Positions 25,506-38,632 of a stretch of 64,000 nt of DNA are shown here, in pieces. Source of the DNA: Heptranchias perlo (Eukaryota); NCBI RefSeq assembly GCF_035084215.1, contig NC_090368.1, positions 4,712,001 to 4,776,000 on the forward strand, given 5' to 3'. The notes beneath the pieces were generated by a model, which worked only from the letters and a program-made list of their open reading frames with translations, ran no database searches and was not told the DNA's origin. Each line of letters begins with the position of its first letter. Position 1 is the stretch's first letter. A program made the position numbers and the translations under genes.

Positions 25506-25632
25506 CTGTACTGATGTTGGTTGCCGATAGCAACATCCCACCACCAGTATCGTCCACAACATCATCTTCTATGAGCTGCCACGGCTCCAGCTCCTCTTCC
25601 TCACACTCCATAAAAAGATCCGTGTCCGCCAT
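25506..25632 (-). CDS. POGZ: POGZ first coding exon ([28 protein letters not shown]…)
   Basis: Diagnostic POGZ N-terminus [19 protein letters not shown]; acceptor GTTTCAG| at 25643; donor G|GTAAT. Confidence 0.95.
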
Positions 25633-25689
25633 CTTTCTATCACCTGAAACAAAGCGAAAAGCCGATTAATTAAAAAAACCTGCGCTGAT

Positions 25690-26260
25690 ACATTTATACA
25701 GCGCCTTTAACCAAGGCCCAAAGAAGGAGATATTGCAACGGGTGACTAAAAGCTTGGGCAAAGAGGTGGGTTTTAAAGGAGGTTGAGAAACGGAGGGAGG
25801 GAATTCCAGAGTATGGGGTCTAGGTGGCTGAAAGCACAGCTGTTAATGTGGGGTAAAAGGGAGAGGTTGATACACAAGAGGCCAGAGTCAGAGGAATGGA
25901 GTTTTTGGGGGAAGTGGGATTGGAGGGCTGCAGAAGGTTACAGAGATCAAGAGGGCTAAGGCCGAGAAGGTATTTAAACACATGGATGAGCATTTTAAAT
26001 TTAGGGCATTGTGAGACCAGGAGCCAATGAAGGTCAGCGAGGACAGGATTGATGACCAAGTGGGACTTGGGGCAGGATAGGTCACAGGCGGCTGAGATTT
26101 GGAGAGTGGAGGATAGGATGCTGCCCAGGAGAGCATCGGAATAGTTGAGTCTGGAGGTGACAAAGGCATGGGTGAAGTCTTCAACAGAAGATGGGTTGAA
26201 GTAGGGGTGGAGGTAGGTGATGTAATGGAGATGGAAGTAGGCAGTCTTTGAAGCAATGTA
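25690..26260 (-). mobile_element. L2-type LINE ORF2 3' fragment
   Basis: Translation HAFVTSRLNYSDALL…INPVLADLHWLLV…FKMLIHVFK is typical of the L2 ORF2 C-terminus. Confidence 0.85.
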
Positions 26261-27509
26261 TAAGTGAATCAAATGTACAACTCACAGTAAAATACTTTGA
26301 CACTTCTGCTGGTGTCATCGGACTGCCAGACTTTATCACTCAATTTACCATGTCAGCCAATCAATGGGATTATATTTCAAGGTCTTCACAATTTTTCAAA
26401 GTACAGTCAATTTCTTAGTTTCCCTATTACTTTGATAGGCCAGAGGCTTTTCAGCACACTAATTTTGATCCCCCTCTAATACGCAAAAATAAGAGCCGCT
26501 TTGTTGCGATGGAAGTCAAAAATCTCCGCTGCCCACAAACGTAGGTACAGCCGGTCCTCCTGATTTCTAGTGCTAAAATCGGGTGTTCTGTGGCCCAGTG
26601 GTATCACTGGCTCCTCCCCCTACGGGCATACTCGGCAACTTCCCTCAAGTGGCCATTCATCACAAATAAGCCTGAACAGTCTATCTCGAGTGGCTTCACA
26701 GGCAAGGCACTTCCGATTTTCACTCAACCTCCACACTTGCTCATATTTTAGGAGGGATCACTGAATAGAAATCAGAAGCACAAAGCTGGCTAATTGTTTC
26801 CCTTCCCTCACCCAACTTATAAAAAGAGATGAATATGCCTTCAACATACTACTGATTGGCATTGGAACTTCCAATCTATTTTGCAATCCTCTGAACAGAT
26901 TCCCCCTCCAAGTATGATATATCCCTATCGAGTTAATGCTCGGTTAGTTCTGTTTGAGTCCAGTGTCTATATGCTCATTGTCAATTAAGTAATTACCTTC
27001 CAAGGTTAACTGCACCTTCACTTTAACCCTACAAAAAAGATATGCCTGGTTATGCTTGCTCAATCCTCATACACTACATTGGGACTGTATACGAAAACAT
27101 TTACTCCCCTCCAATTTGCTCCTTCCTATTTTTGCCTAATATTGCCTAATTTGGGGCTATGACACCAGGGGTGCTGGCCACCCTCTTGTACTTCACCCAT
27201 TACCATGCTCAAGCCCAGGCAATGAGCTTTGGCTGGATTAGTCGATCACTGAGGATGGGGTGGATCATCACTGCCAGGACCAGTCGTGTCTTCATCCAAC
27301 ATTCAAACACGTGCATTTTCCAGGATGGGTCACAGGTCAGTGACCAGGAGTATGAAAACTGGCTCATGGTTTTTTCCCCTTCCCTAACCTAACTGCATTG
27401 GCCTGTTTACCCTGCTGAGATCAACCAATTCAACACATCAGGGATCAATGTTGGAACATTCCTGGACTACATGGTTCAGTATTACACAGGACTGTACATG
27501 AGATAGGGG

Positions 27510-27850
27510 TAGTGATGTAGTGGTTATGGTACTGGACTAGCATAACAGAGGTTGAGAGTTCAAATCCAGCCAGTATGAAATGAAACTGAACTAACTGGTC
27601 ATTTTTAGCTTCCACTAGAAAAAAAATGACTGAAATTTGTCAGATCATCATAAAAATCCAGTTGGTTTACCTCGCCTTTCAGGGAAGGGAACCTGCCATT
27701 CCACACTAAGTGACTCTTAATGCCCTCTAAAGTTGCCTGGTAAGCCACTCTGTTGTGCAAACAATCGCCAAAAAGCCAGCCCATCATCTCCTCAGGGAAA
27801 CCAGGGAGGGCAAGAAATGCAGCCATGCCCATATTCCAAGAACAAAGAAA
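27510..27850 (+). mobile_element. SINE sharing its middle and 3' tail with the 59-62 kb LINE
   Basis: tRNA-like head (gagttcaaatcc), tttcagggaagggaacctgcc core and tail ..ccatattccaagaac. Confidence 0.55.
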
Positions 27851-29879
27851 GATACATTTTTCTGATATATTTTGGGGACAAACATCCTATTTTTATAATA
27901 ATCCAGTGCACCAGTGGAATTGGATTATCAAAGGATGCATTGACACAACTGTAGCATTAGCGCAAATCAGTTTAATTGCAGTTATAGTGCATTTACACTA
28001 TCACTGCAGTGTTTTGCTTTCTAACAACACTGCAATTGAAGTGTAAACGTAGCCCAAATCCCCAGTCAGGACCCGAACAGAGCAAAGTTCCCTGGAGGAA
28101 ACTACCTCAATCCATTTCATTTTGGAGTCAGTTCAGGCCTCAATGCCCAATTTATGCACTATGAGTTCCGTATCAGTACAAAACCACAATTGCTTCGTGA
28201 TGACGCTTAACTTGTAGTGTGGATGTACGAATGGACATTTTCAGCAATCTTCCCTCCCCTCTTGTTTTGCAGGTAGACAAAAAAGCCATTTTCTGATCAA
28301 AGGCTGATTTCTATCCCTCTTATTGCCAGTTTTCTCCCCTCTTCTGAAAGTGTTGACTCCTTGAAAGGGTATAATTGCACAGGTTCTCTGCTACCTTGTC
28401 CAGATGGTCAGTATTCATGTGCAAGCCTTGACAGTGAATATCGCAGGCTAGTCCACCATGGGGAACGTCACAGTAGCTCGCTCACCTGACATTCACACGT
28501 GTGCATTTCCAAAGGTCAATGAATGGTGATCAGGAGTGGGAACTCTTTTGGATTTTCCTCTTCCTGACTCAAGGCTGCTAAGGTCAAATGTACCACCCCC
28601 TGCCTCTGCCCTGGCTAAAATCAGGTAACTAAGGACAGATCAGGAGATTGAACCTGGGACCTTCCTGATGTGTATGCCTCAGCCATGTGGAGAAGATCAT
28701 AAATATAGTCAATATGAGCATGACATTTGCTCTGAAGTATTTAGCAAGCCAGATAACATAACTAGTGATTATTCTGTTTCCTTTCTCCATGAGCATGCTT
28801 TCACCCGAGTTTGCTTCGTGAGTGCAATGGTTGTTTTTTCTCCCCGCAGTATTTGCTCTCCCATATTGAATTATACAACAATGAATCGTAGACAAATTTT
28901 CAAAAGGTACCGAAGTAAAAAATGATTCATTCATAATTTCATGTATAAATACTTGCACCCTTTTAATTTAGGAGCACGTTTCCAGTATGGCAGCACCCGA
29001 GTAGAATCTGATCATTTGCAGGTTTTTAATCCACTGATACAGTAGTGCAAATGTTTCTTGGACTGCAGCCGCTTTAAATCCAAGCTACCGTCAAACATCC
29101 AGATTCCGTATCGTACTGTTCCTGAAAGATCACACAAGAGAATGGGAAATCGGAGCTATTTGCCGTCAGCGTCAATATACAAAATTATGCCCAGTGAACT
29201 CAAGTGCCAAGAGAGATCGGTGAGGGTGCACTTTAAAATGGACAAGATATAGCGGGACAACAACACATAGCACAACTCCGCCCCTTCCTGAACAATGTGT
29301 ATACCTGGCAATATACTGAAGGCAGCACACTTCACTAACTACTGATTGAGGCCATGAGCAGGGCTCTGTTACCTCACTCTGGCAATTTGACAGCCTTTAT
29401 TTTGTGAAGTGTTTTCCATGCTGTGGAAACATAGAATCAAACTTTTGTTAGAATTCTCTCTTAACCGAATGGACAGAACACACACATCACCCAATCCACC
29501 TGTGAACATTCACAATACGATGACTTCTTCTAACTCCACAGTTCTAAAAGCAGCATCCCAGAATTTTGGTCACTCCACTTTTCTGCCTAGAATGTCTTCA
29601 CTTTTCTTTTTCGCCGCATTTTTCAGCTTACCCTGTGGAGTTTTACAGCATCATTCTTTTCACACTTTTTTTGTGACTTTGGTTGAGGGCGGATTGTTGT
29701 TTGAGGGGGGATTGAGCGCTCTTCCCACAGGGAGAGCACTCCGCTCCTCTTCAAGCAGTGCTGTAAGATCTCGAACATCTACCTGAACAGCCAGACGGGA
29801 CATCGGTTTTACCTCTTATCGAAAAGATGGCACCTCTGACAACATAGCATTACCTCAGTACTGCATTAGAATGTGTGAT

Positions 29880-30140
29880 CGCTCCACCATTGGCGGCCGT
29901 GCCTTCAGCTGCCTGGGCCCTAAGCTCTGGAATTCCCTCCCTAAACCTCTCCGCCTCTCTCTCCTCCTTTAAGACGCTCCTTAAAACCTACCTCTTTGAC
30001 CGAGCTTTTGGTCACCTGTCCTAATATCTCCTTATGTGACTTGATGTCAAAATTTTGTTTGATAATCGCTCCTGTGAAGCATCTTGGGACGTTTTACAAA
30101 GTTGAAGGCGCTATATTAATAGCAAGTTGTTATTATTGTT
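29880..30140 (+). mobile_element. L2-type LINE 3' tail fragment
   Basis: ccaccattggcggccgtgccttcagc…cgctcctgtgaagc…gcaagttgttattattgtt. Confidence 0.8.
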
Positions 30141-30949
30141 GTATTCAAATTCTACAGTCCATGTGACATTTTTGTGAAAGCAAGGTTTATGAAACATGCC
30201 AAGTGCTTTGTATGCTCACACCTTTCCCAGTAAACAGCACAGCAGCACTTACTACATGGTTTCCAGCCAGTGAACTAAGTTTTGGTTGCAACTCCCACAT
30301 ACATATCATTTAATACAAATTACAATCGCTATGCAACAATATTAAGTACAATGGAATTACATGGCGTGATCAAATGCAAATTAGATTTGTAACGCTAATC
30401 AATCTTTGCGCGATTAAGCCTCTCACCTGCATCTTCATTTTGCTCTTCGTCTGAACTCGACTGAAGATACGAAAAGAATAATCTCCTGCTTTAGTTCAGG
30501 TGGCACAAAGGAAAGATCTTCACTCTCATACTCGCTCACCGACTGTTGTTGAGTTGTGCTCGGCAGGCATGAATCGACAAATGGCGTCACAGTCAGCAGC
30601 TATACTCGGCACAACTGACTGACAGTTTTTTTTTTACTTGGAGCCAAAGGTACCTTTCTAAAAGTTGTCTGTGGCTACCACAAAACTGGCATCAACTACT
30701 TTGGCACTAAATTCACCAATGTGGGGTGTTACTGGATTTGCCACTGGTAGTGGGTCCAATGTGCTAGATGATGATCCTTCAGGAAAATCAAATTTAATTT
30801 GATCTGAAAGGGTATAGGGGAAGTCAACCGCAGTTTGGACTAAAGCACCTGATGCCTGCAGATGTAAAATTTAAGATAGGTATATGAGTGAAAAGATCCA
30901 GTAATACTGAGCACTGACACATACCTGAGTCTTGCCAAACATGCCTACA

Positions 30950-31372
30950 ATCTGCTTCCACCACCCTTTCAGGCAGTGCATTCCAGATCATAACAACTCG
31001 CTGCGTAAAGCGTAAACATTTTTTTCCTCATGCACCTCTGGTTCTTTTGCCAATTACCTTCAATCTGAGTCCTCTGGTTACCGACCCTTCGAACAGTAGA
31101 AACAGTTTCTCCTTATTTACTCTATCAAAACCCTTCATGACTTTGAATGACCTCTATATAATCTCCCCATAACCTTCTCTGATCAAAGGAGAACAATCCC
31201 AGTTTCTGCAGTCTCTCCATATAACTGAAGTCTTTCATCCCTGGTACCATTCTAGTAAATCTCCTTTGCACCCTCTCTAAAGGCCTTGACATCCTTCCTA
31301 AAGTGTGGTGCCCAGAATTGGACACAATACTCCAGCTGGAGCCTAACCAGTGTTTTGTAAAGGTTTAGCATA
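30950..31372 (-). mobile_element. CR1/HER1-like LINE fragment
   Basis: Minus translation [25 protein letters not shown]…[14 protein letters not shown]…LGLFS. Confidence 0.85.
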
Positions 31373-32554
31373 ACTATGCGGAAGAAACATTTGCCGATAC
31401 TGGTTCCAGAGGTATTGTTGCATCCAGGCACAATACAAGTTAACATTTTGAGAAAAGCTTTCAGGGCATGCAATCTGGCTCTAGTATCTAAGATAATTCA
31501 ACAAAGTGTTATTTAATTTGATTACCACCGTTGTAATATAAACATCATGTGTAATAATCATGTAATATTGAGCACGATGCTAAGGCTTCACGCTCGACAA
31601 CCTTCCAAACTTAAATATCTGAAAAAAAGCTGCAAATGATCAGATCCAAGTCACAGGATAAACTCTTTGCTCTGACAAAAAGCTGACAGAACCTGTTCAA
31701 ACCAGTCTTCACTACAAGAATTCTTTTTTTTTAAAAAAAAAGAGCCAAAAGGCATTTTAAATATCTTTCCTTGCCCCCAAGCTCGGAGGGCACGTAATAA
31801 CCTGCTATCCTGTGCCTCGACAATGCTGCTTGCTAGGTGTGTGGAGAAAGTCCATGGTGATTCTCCCATGGCCTCCGTTTAATTGGCCTGTCCACATCAG
31901 CAGAACAGAGAATTGGAAACGCCGCATCTGCAGGATGAAGAGTGTTAACCTACATCCTGCTACTCCATGATGGGGAAATACAGTGTATTCCAGCTATGTT
32001 GATAATGGCATCAAGTGGGCCTCAGACTCCAGGTTCAGCTGCATTTGCACTATAACAGCAGAATTAGTGCGAAAAAAACCACTTTAAAAAAAAATAATCA
32101 ATTGGAGACATGAATATTCACATCTACACAAACCTATATATTCCACTGTACAAGCCTAGCAAAAAATATACAAAATTCTATTTGTTACATCTACATTATT
32201 TAGAATTTGATTCAGATTAATTCAGATCTAGGTCTTGAGGAAAATTGTAATTCACGGGTTTCAAAGAACCATCTTTGCTTGAAACCCTAGTGGTCAGACA
32301 TTACTTAGAATTTACAGCACAGAAACTGGCCATACGGCCCAACTGAATTAGGTTTTAAAATTAGGTTCTGACGCAAGGTCATTGACCTGAAACGTTAACT
32401 GTGTTTCTTTCTCCACAGATGCTGCCTGACTTGCTGAGTATTTCCAGCATTTTTGATTTTTATTTAAAATTAGGTTTATTTTTTGTATCTTTGCAATCTT
32501 GCCATGGAGAATAGTGAGAAGTAGTGGAAGGATTCACAGGCTGATTTTTAAAAA

Positions 32555-33070
32555 TTTGTTCATGGGATGTGGGCATCGCTGGCGAGGCCAGCATTTATTG
32601 ACCATCCCTAGTTGCCCTTGAGAAGATGGTGGTGAGCCGCCTTCTTGAACCGCTGCAGTCCGTGTGGTGAAGGTTCTCCCACAGTGCTGTTAAGTAAGGA
32701 ATTTCAGGATTTTGACCCAATGACGATGAAGGAACGGCGATATATTTCCAAGTCGGGATGGTGTGTCCTTCTAGGTGGCAGGTTTGGGAGGTGCTGTCGA
32801 AGAAGCCTTGGCGAGTTGCTGCAGTGCATCCTGTAGATGGTACACACTGCAGCCACGGTGCGCCGGTGGTGAAGGGAGTGAACGTTTAGTGTGGTGGATG
32901 GGGTGCCAATCAAGCGGGCTGCTTTGTCCTGGATGGTGTTGAGCTTCTTGAATGTTGTTGGAGCTGCATTCATCCAGACAAGTGGAGAGTATTCCATCAC
33001 ACTCCTGACTTGTGCCTTGCAGATGGTGGAAAGGCTTTGAGGAGTCAGGTGGTCAGTCACTCGCCGTAGA
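32555..33070 (-). mobile_element. 3' fragment of the 59-62 kb LINE family
   Basis: KAQVRSVMEYSPLVWM…IQDKAARLIG and the same 3' tail. Confidence 0.9.
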
Positions 33071-34559
33071 GTGACAGGACTGGGCTGAGTTGTGATGCCC
33101 CAAACAGCTGAATAGTCTACCGCATTCTGGTGCTGTGCATTCCACAGTAGCCCACACAACAATAACTGTACTTCAAAGTAGTTTATCGTACGTGAAACAC
33201 TGTTGCTTCTGAGCGACGTGATAAGGCGCTACACACAAGCACAAGGCTCCCTTTCTTTCACATTCTAACAACCCTTCATGTGGAGAAGTTTTCTCTGGAT
33301 TTGCTTTTTAACTGCCTTACTTGTAATTTTAAGATTACGTTCCCTTGTTCTGGGCTTTCCCTAGAAGATCGCCTGCTGTATTTCCAGACTGTCTCATTGT
33401 TTATCAACTGCAAATACTTTGGATTATCCAAAGAATAAACAAGCCTACTCCCTCATTGTTTATGCCATATGAAAATCAGGCCAGCTCAAGAACATTGCTC
33501 ATTACCCATCTGTCGCTGGGGGGTCGTAGCCAGGGGAGCAATTTAAGGCCATCACACAAGTAACGCATGATGCTGACTCTTCCTACAGTGCACTGATACC
33601 GCTCTCTATAATATTAAAAGTAATTCTTATGGTATGCAACACCACAATTTTCACAAACATGTCATAATCACTTAATTTGAAACCAAAAATATCACCAATA
33701 CTCACATAATACTTTGTAATAATTTCAATCACTCAACTACCTTACATTGGTGGCCCAGATTATATAGTGTTAAACATATCCTCTGAATCACCACTAGTTC
33801 TAAATAAACCCACTATGATCCATCTGCATTCCAAAAATGGTGCATATGCAGTACTTCCTGTCTGTTATACTTCAGATTTTGCACAATAATTCAAATTTCC
33901 ATGTAAATTATTAAAAAAACAAAGACAGTTGTACAAAAAAACTCTCCAGAAACAGAACATATCACAGCCACAATATCTACAGGCTCCTAATTGAGCTTTC
34001 CACAAAGGGCTCCAGCCTGAATAGCAGTTAAATTTTGAATGAACTCACCCAGTGTCTAGTTAACAGACTTTGTAGCCTTAAAGGGACACACATCCAGACC
34101 TCAGCAGCTGCAGAATACATAGTGTTTTATATGGTATAATGTCCCTGTCCTTATAAGGGTACATCCTCTGATTTACCTTGTCAGTGCCAGTGGAGGTTGG
34201 CTATTTGATAATAAAAACAGTAAAAGGTCTGTGCCAATTCTTGTCCACCATATCACACTTCCTGTATCACATTTAATTACAGGCAAATTTATTCTGGGCA
34301 AATTTCCTGCAGCTGATTAGCTCATGCAGAAATTTCTTCCAACTATTTTTTTTAAAAAGCCATTAATACTTTTTAAATCGTGACATTAAAATTTGAATTA
34401 CTGTATGAGATCTGAAGTGTGATGGACAGAAAGTGCTATATATGTAACATTTTTAGAATTCAGATGGATTGGATATAGTTAGTATTGTTACTAAGTTTAT
34501 TTAGCACTTTGAATCGCACAAAACGTTAATTATGGTGATTCAGAGAATATGTTGCTTCG

Positions 34560-35070
34560 AATTAAACAGCACAGAAACAGGCCATTTGGCCCAACTCCGT
34601 GTTTATCTCGCTTCCCCTTAAAACCATCTGCTATTCACCTCAACCACTCCATGTGGGAGCGAGTTCCACATTCTCACCACTCTCTGGGTAAAGAAGTTTC
34701 TCTTGAATTTCCTGTTGGATTTATTAGTGATTATCTTATATTTATGGCCCAGTTCTGGTCTCCCCCACGAATGCAAACATCTTCTCTACGTCTACCCTAT
34801 CAAACCCCTTCATAATTTTAAAAACTTCCATCAGGTCACCCCTCAGCCTTCACTTTCCTAGAGAAAAGAGCCCCTGCCTGTTCAGTCTTTCCTGACAGTT
34901 ATAATTTCTCAGTTATCATCCTTGTGAATCTTTTATTGCATCTTCTCCAGTGTGTCTATATCCTTTTTGTATTATGGAGATCAGAACTGTGCACAGTACT
35001 CCAAGTGTGGTCTAACCAAGGTTCTATGCATGTGTAACATAACCTCTCTGCTTTTCAATTCTATTCCTCG
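34560..35070 (-). mobile_element. CR1-type LINE 3' fragment
   Basis: Same family as 16035-16530. Confidence 0.8.
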
Positions 35071-37270
35071 AGAAATTAACCCTAAATGGAGAAAATGGAG
35101 TCAGGATATCTGTAACCTTTAACTTTAAAATTAAACTTAGCATTCAAATTTTTAAAAAGCCTGACATTTCATCCTGGATCTGACTTGCAGACTGGAGGAA
35201 TTAAGCTCTGACTGACTTCAACCCTACATTTCCCTCACAGTTAGACTGATTGACCCAAGATTAACAATTGAATGTTATGGGCCTAAAGGCACACAGTTTT
35301 GGTTTGGCATTACCATAACATATTCTGCATAGCATGGTATAATACTCATATGCTTATAAAACAATCAACTGACTTACCGCAAGCTTTATCACAAAGAGAT
35401 CTGCTATTATAAAACATTTTGCATCCTGCATACTTCTGTCACACACAAAAAAAAAGATTGGCGCAATCAGGAATCAATGGAAGCACAGTTCTACATTTTG
35501 ACCGCCCGGTTACATTTCAAACAATTTCCTCTCTCCTCATCAGTGCAATTATTATTTCCAGCTCACGCTAACCACCGTCACACTTCCTGTGTCACGCTTA
35601 ATTATAGGCAAATTTATTCTAGGCAAATTTCCTGCAGCTGATTATTCACTCCTGCAGAAATTTCTTCCAACAATTTTTTTTGTTAAAAAAGCCATTAGTA
35701 CTTTTTAAGTTGCGGCATGGAATAAAACTCTGTAGCCGACACCACGGGAGAATCACTAATTTTATAAGTCCAACAGAATGACACGCTCACCATTAAAAAA
35801 AACTCGATCCCCCACCTTAGAATGAGCAATGCCAAGGGAGATCCACTATCACATCGGTTCCTCTATTAAACCTGTTAATGTTTAACTGTAAACAAACTGT
35901 AAAGTTGTAACCAAGTTGACAGCCAAGCATTTTTACCTGAAAAACAATCAAGAGCTACCATGTGATTTGTTTTCTTACAATGTGAATGGATCCACAGAAC
36001 CAAGCTTGTGCCAAAATCAAATCTACTCAATCCACCATTTTGAAAAACAAAATGGTGGTTGTGAAATAAATGCAAATTACATTTTAAATAGAATTAAAAG
36101 TATGTAAATAAGCACAATCACAGATTAAATATTTATGAAGCATCTGATGCATATAAGAGTATCACAAAAAGTTAAAATGCTCCAGACACCAAAACGTTAC
36201 TAGGCTGCTTGACTATCAGATTGGGGGCTGGGGAAAGAGTTGCCTCCCATACAAATATGTTCAAGAAAGTTTCCTGCAGCCGATAATCGCCACTTTTCAG
36301 TCCTGCACTATTTTAAAGGGACTTTTGCATCCTAAACTCCCACTTCTCTACTGCACACATCTCAAAATTTACCAGCATTTCAGCAATACTTTTGCAGATT
36401 ACATCATTAACGAAACGACGCACGAATAATGCAAATTCCATCCTCCAGTACAAACATTATTATTCCACCCACTGGTTTACAGCGGCAGAATAAGTCACAT
36501 TCCGTTCCTTTAGTTCTCCAACCAGGATTTGGGGGGCCGCGTTGCGACAACTGCGCCCACTTTTCCGCAAAAAAAGCGCAACAACAACATTAAAAAAAAT
36601 GGCTCTTTCACAGGAATTGCAATCGCGAAAACATTTATGCAGCGCAAATTTTGCACGCGGTGAAATTCATTCAGAAGCAGAATCGTGAAGCGCAGAAAGA
36701 GGCCATTCTGCCCATCGTGCCTGTGCTGGCTCTTTGAAGGAGCTACCCAATTCGTCCCATTCTCCCCCACCGCCATTTTTTTTCCCTTTTCAAGTATTTA
36801 TCCAATTCCCTTTTGAAAGTTACCACTGACTCGCGTTTCCACCGTCCTTTCAGGCAGTGGAATTCCCGATCGTAACAACAGGCCGCATGCAACAAAAATT
36901 ATCCGCAAGCCGCTGCTTAAGAATAAAATGCACTCTTCTTGTCTTTTTGCACGGGTTGAGAAAACAACCTTTAAAAGTACTTCATCAGCAATGCACAAAA
37001 AATAACACTTTTATCCCCCCACCTCCCCAAACACTTTTGCAAAAAAAAAAGAGAATTAAAAAAGGTTCATTTAAAAATGCAAACACAAGTTGCTTTGCAC
37101 GGTCTCACAGAAACAATACAATTTTTAAAAAACACACAGATTTGAGGAGAGGTGGTGATGATAATGATGATGGAGAAAAAAGTACAGCTGCCTGAAAGGG
37201 GAAGGGGGGGGGGATCCATGCAATACAGGTTTACAAACAAAAAAAATAAATAAAAAAGAGAAGCATTTAC

Positions 37271-38208
37271 CTGCAGTTTGTGTTTTTGTGGCTCTTGTTT
37301 TTAGGTTTGATTTAAGAAAACAACAAAAGAAAGGGAAGGAGAAAGTATTTGCAGTTCAATAGGAATCGAGCTGGTCGCAGTCGGCCATGTTTATTTGATT
37401 AAAAAAAGGGAAAGAAGAAAAAAAGAGGGAGGGAGGGAAGGGGGAGAAAAGTGAGTTGAAATAAAATCTCACAGAAAATAGTCCCTGGATAACATGGAGG
37501 ATTCGGGCGCACGTTTGCAGCTCAACAAAAAAACAAAACAAAAAAAAATTGATTTTTTTTTTTTAAAAATCACTCCAATTTCAATAATAATCACCGAATT
37601 ATTTTAAAAGCTGACTAAAAGCCCAGGTGATTTTAACCATTTCTGTTATTATTCGCCTCTCTTTTCTTCTCCTCCTCTTCCCCCCCCCCCCCTCGGACTT
37701 TCTCGACCCCAAAATGGCGGCCGCGTTGTTGTCCATTTTCTTCATTTATTTTCTTTTTAAAAGATGATTTTTGAAAAAATGCATTCATCAAAATAAACAA
37801 TATTTTTTTGTTTGCTTTCTCGCTTCAAATTAAAAAGCATTTTTTCGAGGGGGGGTGGGGGGGGGAACAGGTTCCCCTGGTGGAAATATGCTGACAGGAA
37901 CCCCCCTCCCCTCATAATCGCCTCACTTACCCTCTGCCTCAATTAAAGGTCGAACTATTTTTTTTCCCCCCGCTCTTCTTTCTTTTCTTCTTTCTTTCTC
38001 TCTCTCTTTCTTCCTTTCTGGAATGTTCTCTCCCAATTTTCCTCCTCCCCGCCCCCCCCCCCCCCAACTCTTGGCCGAAGGCGCGAGAAGCCGAGGCAGC
38101 CCGCGCGCGCAGGCGCAACCAGGGGCGACCCACTTCCGGTCCCATCGCGCGCGCGGACCGCTACAACACACGGTGAGGTCACTTCCGGCCTGACCATTCC
38201 TCCCCCCT
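37271..38208 (-). promoter_or_regulatory. POGZ: POGZ CpG-rich promoter with one or two non-coding first exons
   Basis: CpG-rich. ETS/GABP sites CACTTCCGG at 38131 and 38180, NRF1-like GCGCAGGCGC near 38107, YY1 AAAATGGCGGC at 37711. Minus-strand donors GAGG|GTAAGT (37931) and GCAG|GTAAAT (37271). Confidence 0.7.
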
Positions 38209-38382
38209 NNNNNNNNNNNNNNNNNNNNNNNNNNNNNNNNNNNNNNNNNNNNNNNNNNNNNNNNNNNNNNNNNNNNNNNNNNNNNNNNNNNNNNNNNNNN
38301 NNNNNNNNNNNNNNNNNNNNNNNNNNNNNNNNNNNNNNNNNNNNNNNNNNNNNNNNNNNNNNNNNNNNNNNNNNNNNNNNNN
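38209..38382. other. Assembly gap (N run)
   Basis: Run of N characters. Confidence 1.
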
Positions 38383-38632
38383 TCCCTCTCTTCCCCCTTC
38401 TCTCTCTCTTTCCCCCTTCTCTCTCTTTCTCTCTCCTTCCCCCTCTCTTTCTCTCTCTTCCCCCCCTTCTCTCTCTCTCTCCCCCCTCCTCTCTCTCTCT
38501 TTCCCCCCCTCCTCTCTCTCTCTTTCCCCCCCTCCTCTCTCTCTCTTTCCCCCTTCTCTCTCTCTCTTTCCTCCCCTCGTCTCTCTTTCCTTCCCTCGTC
38601 TCTCTCTCTTTCCCTCCTCCTTCTCCTTTTCT
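38383..38632. repeat. CT-rich polypyrimidine microsatellite
   Basis: (CT)n interspersed with ttccccc. Confidence 0.95.
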
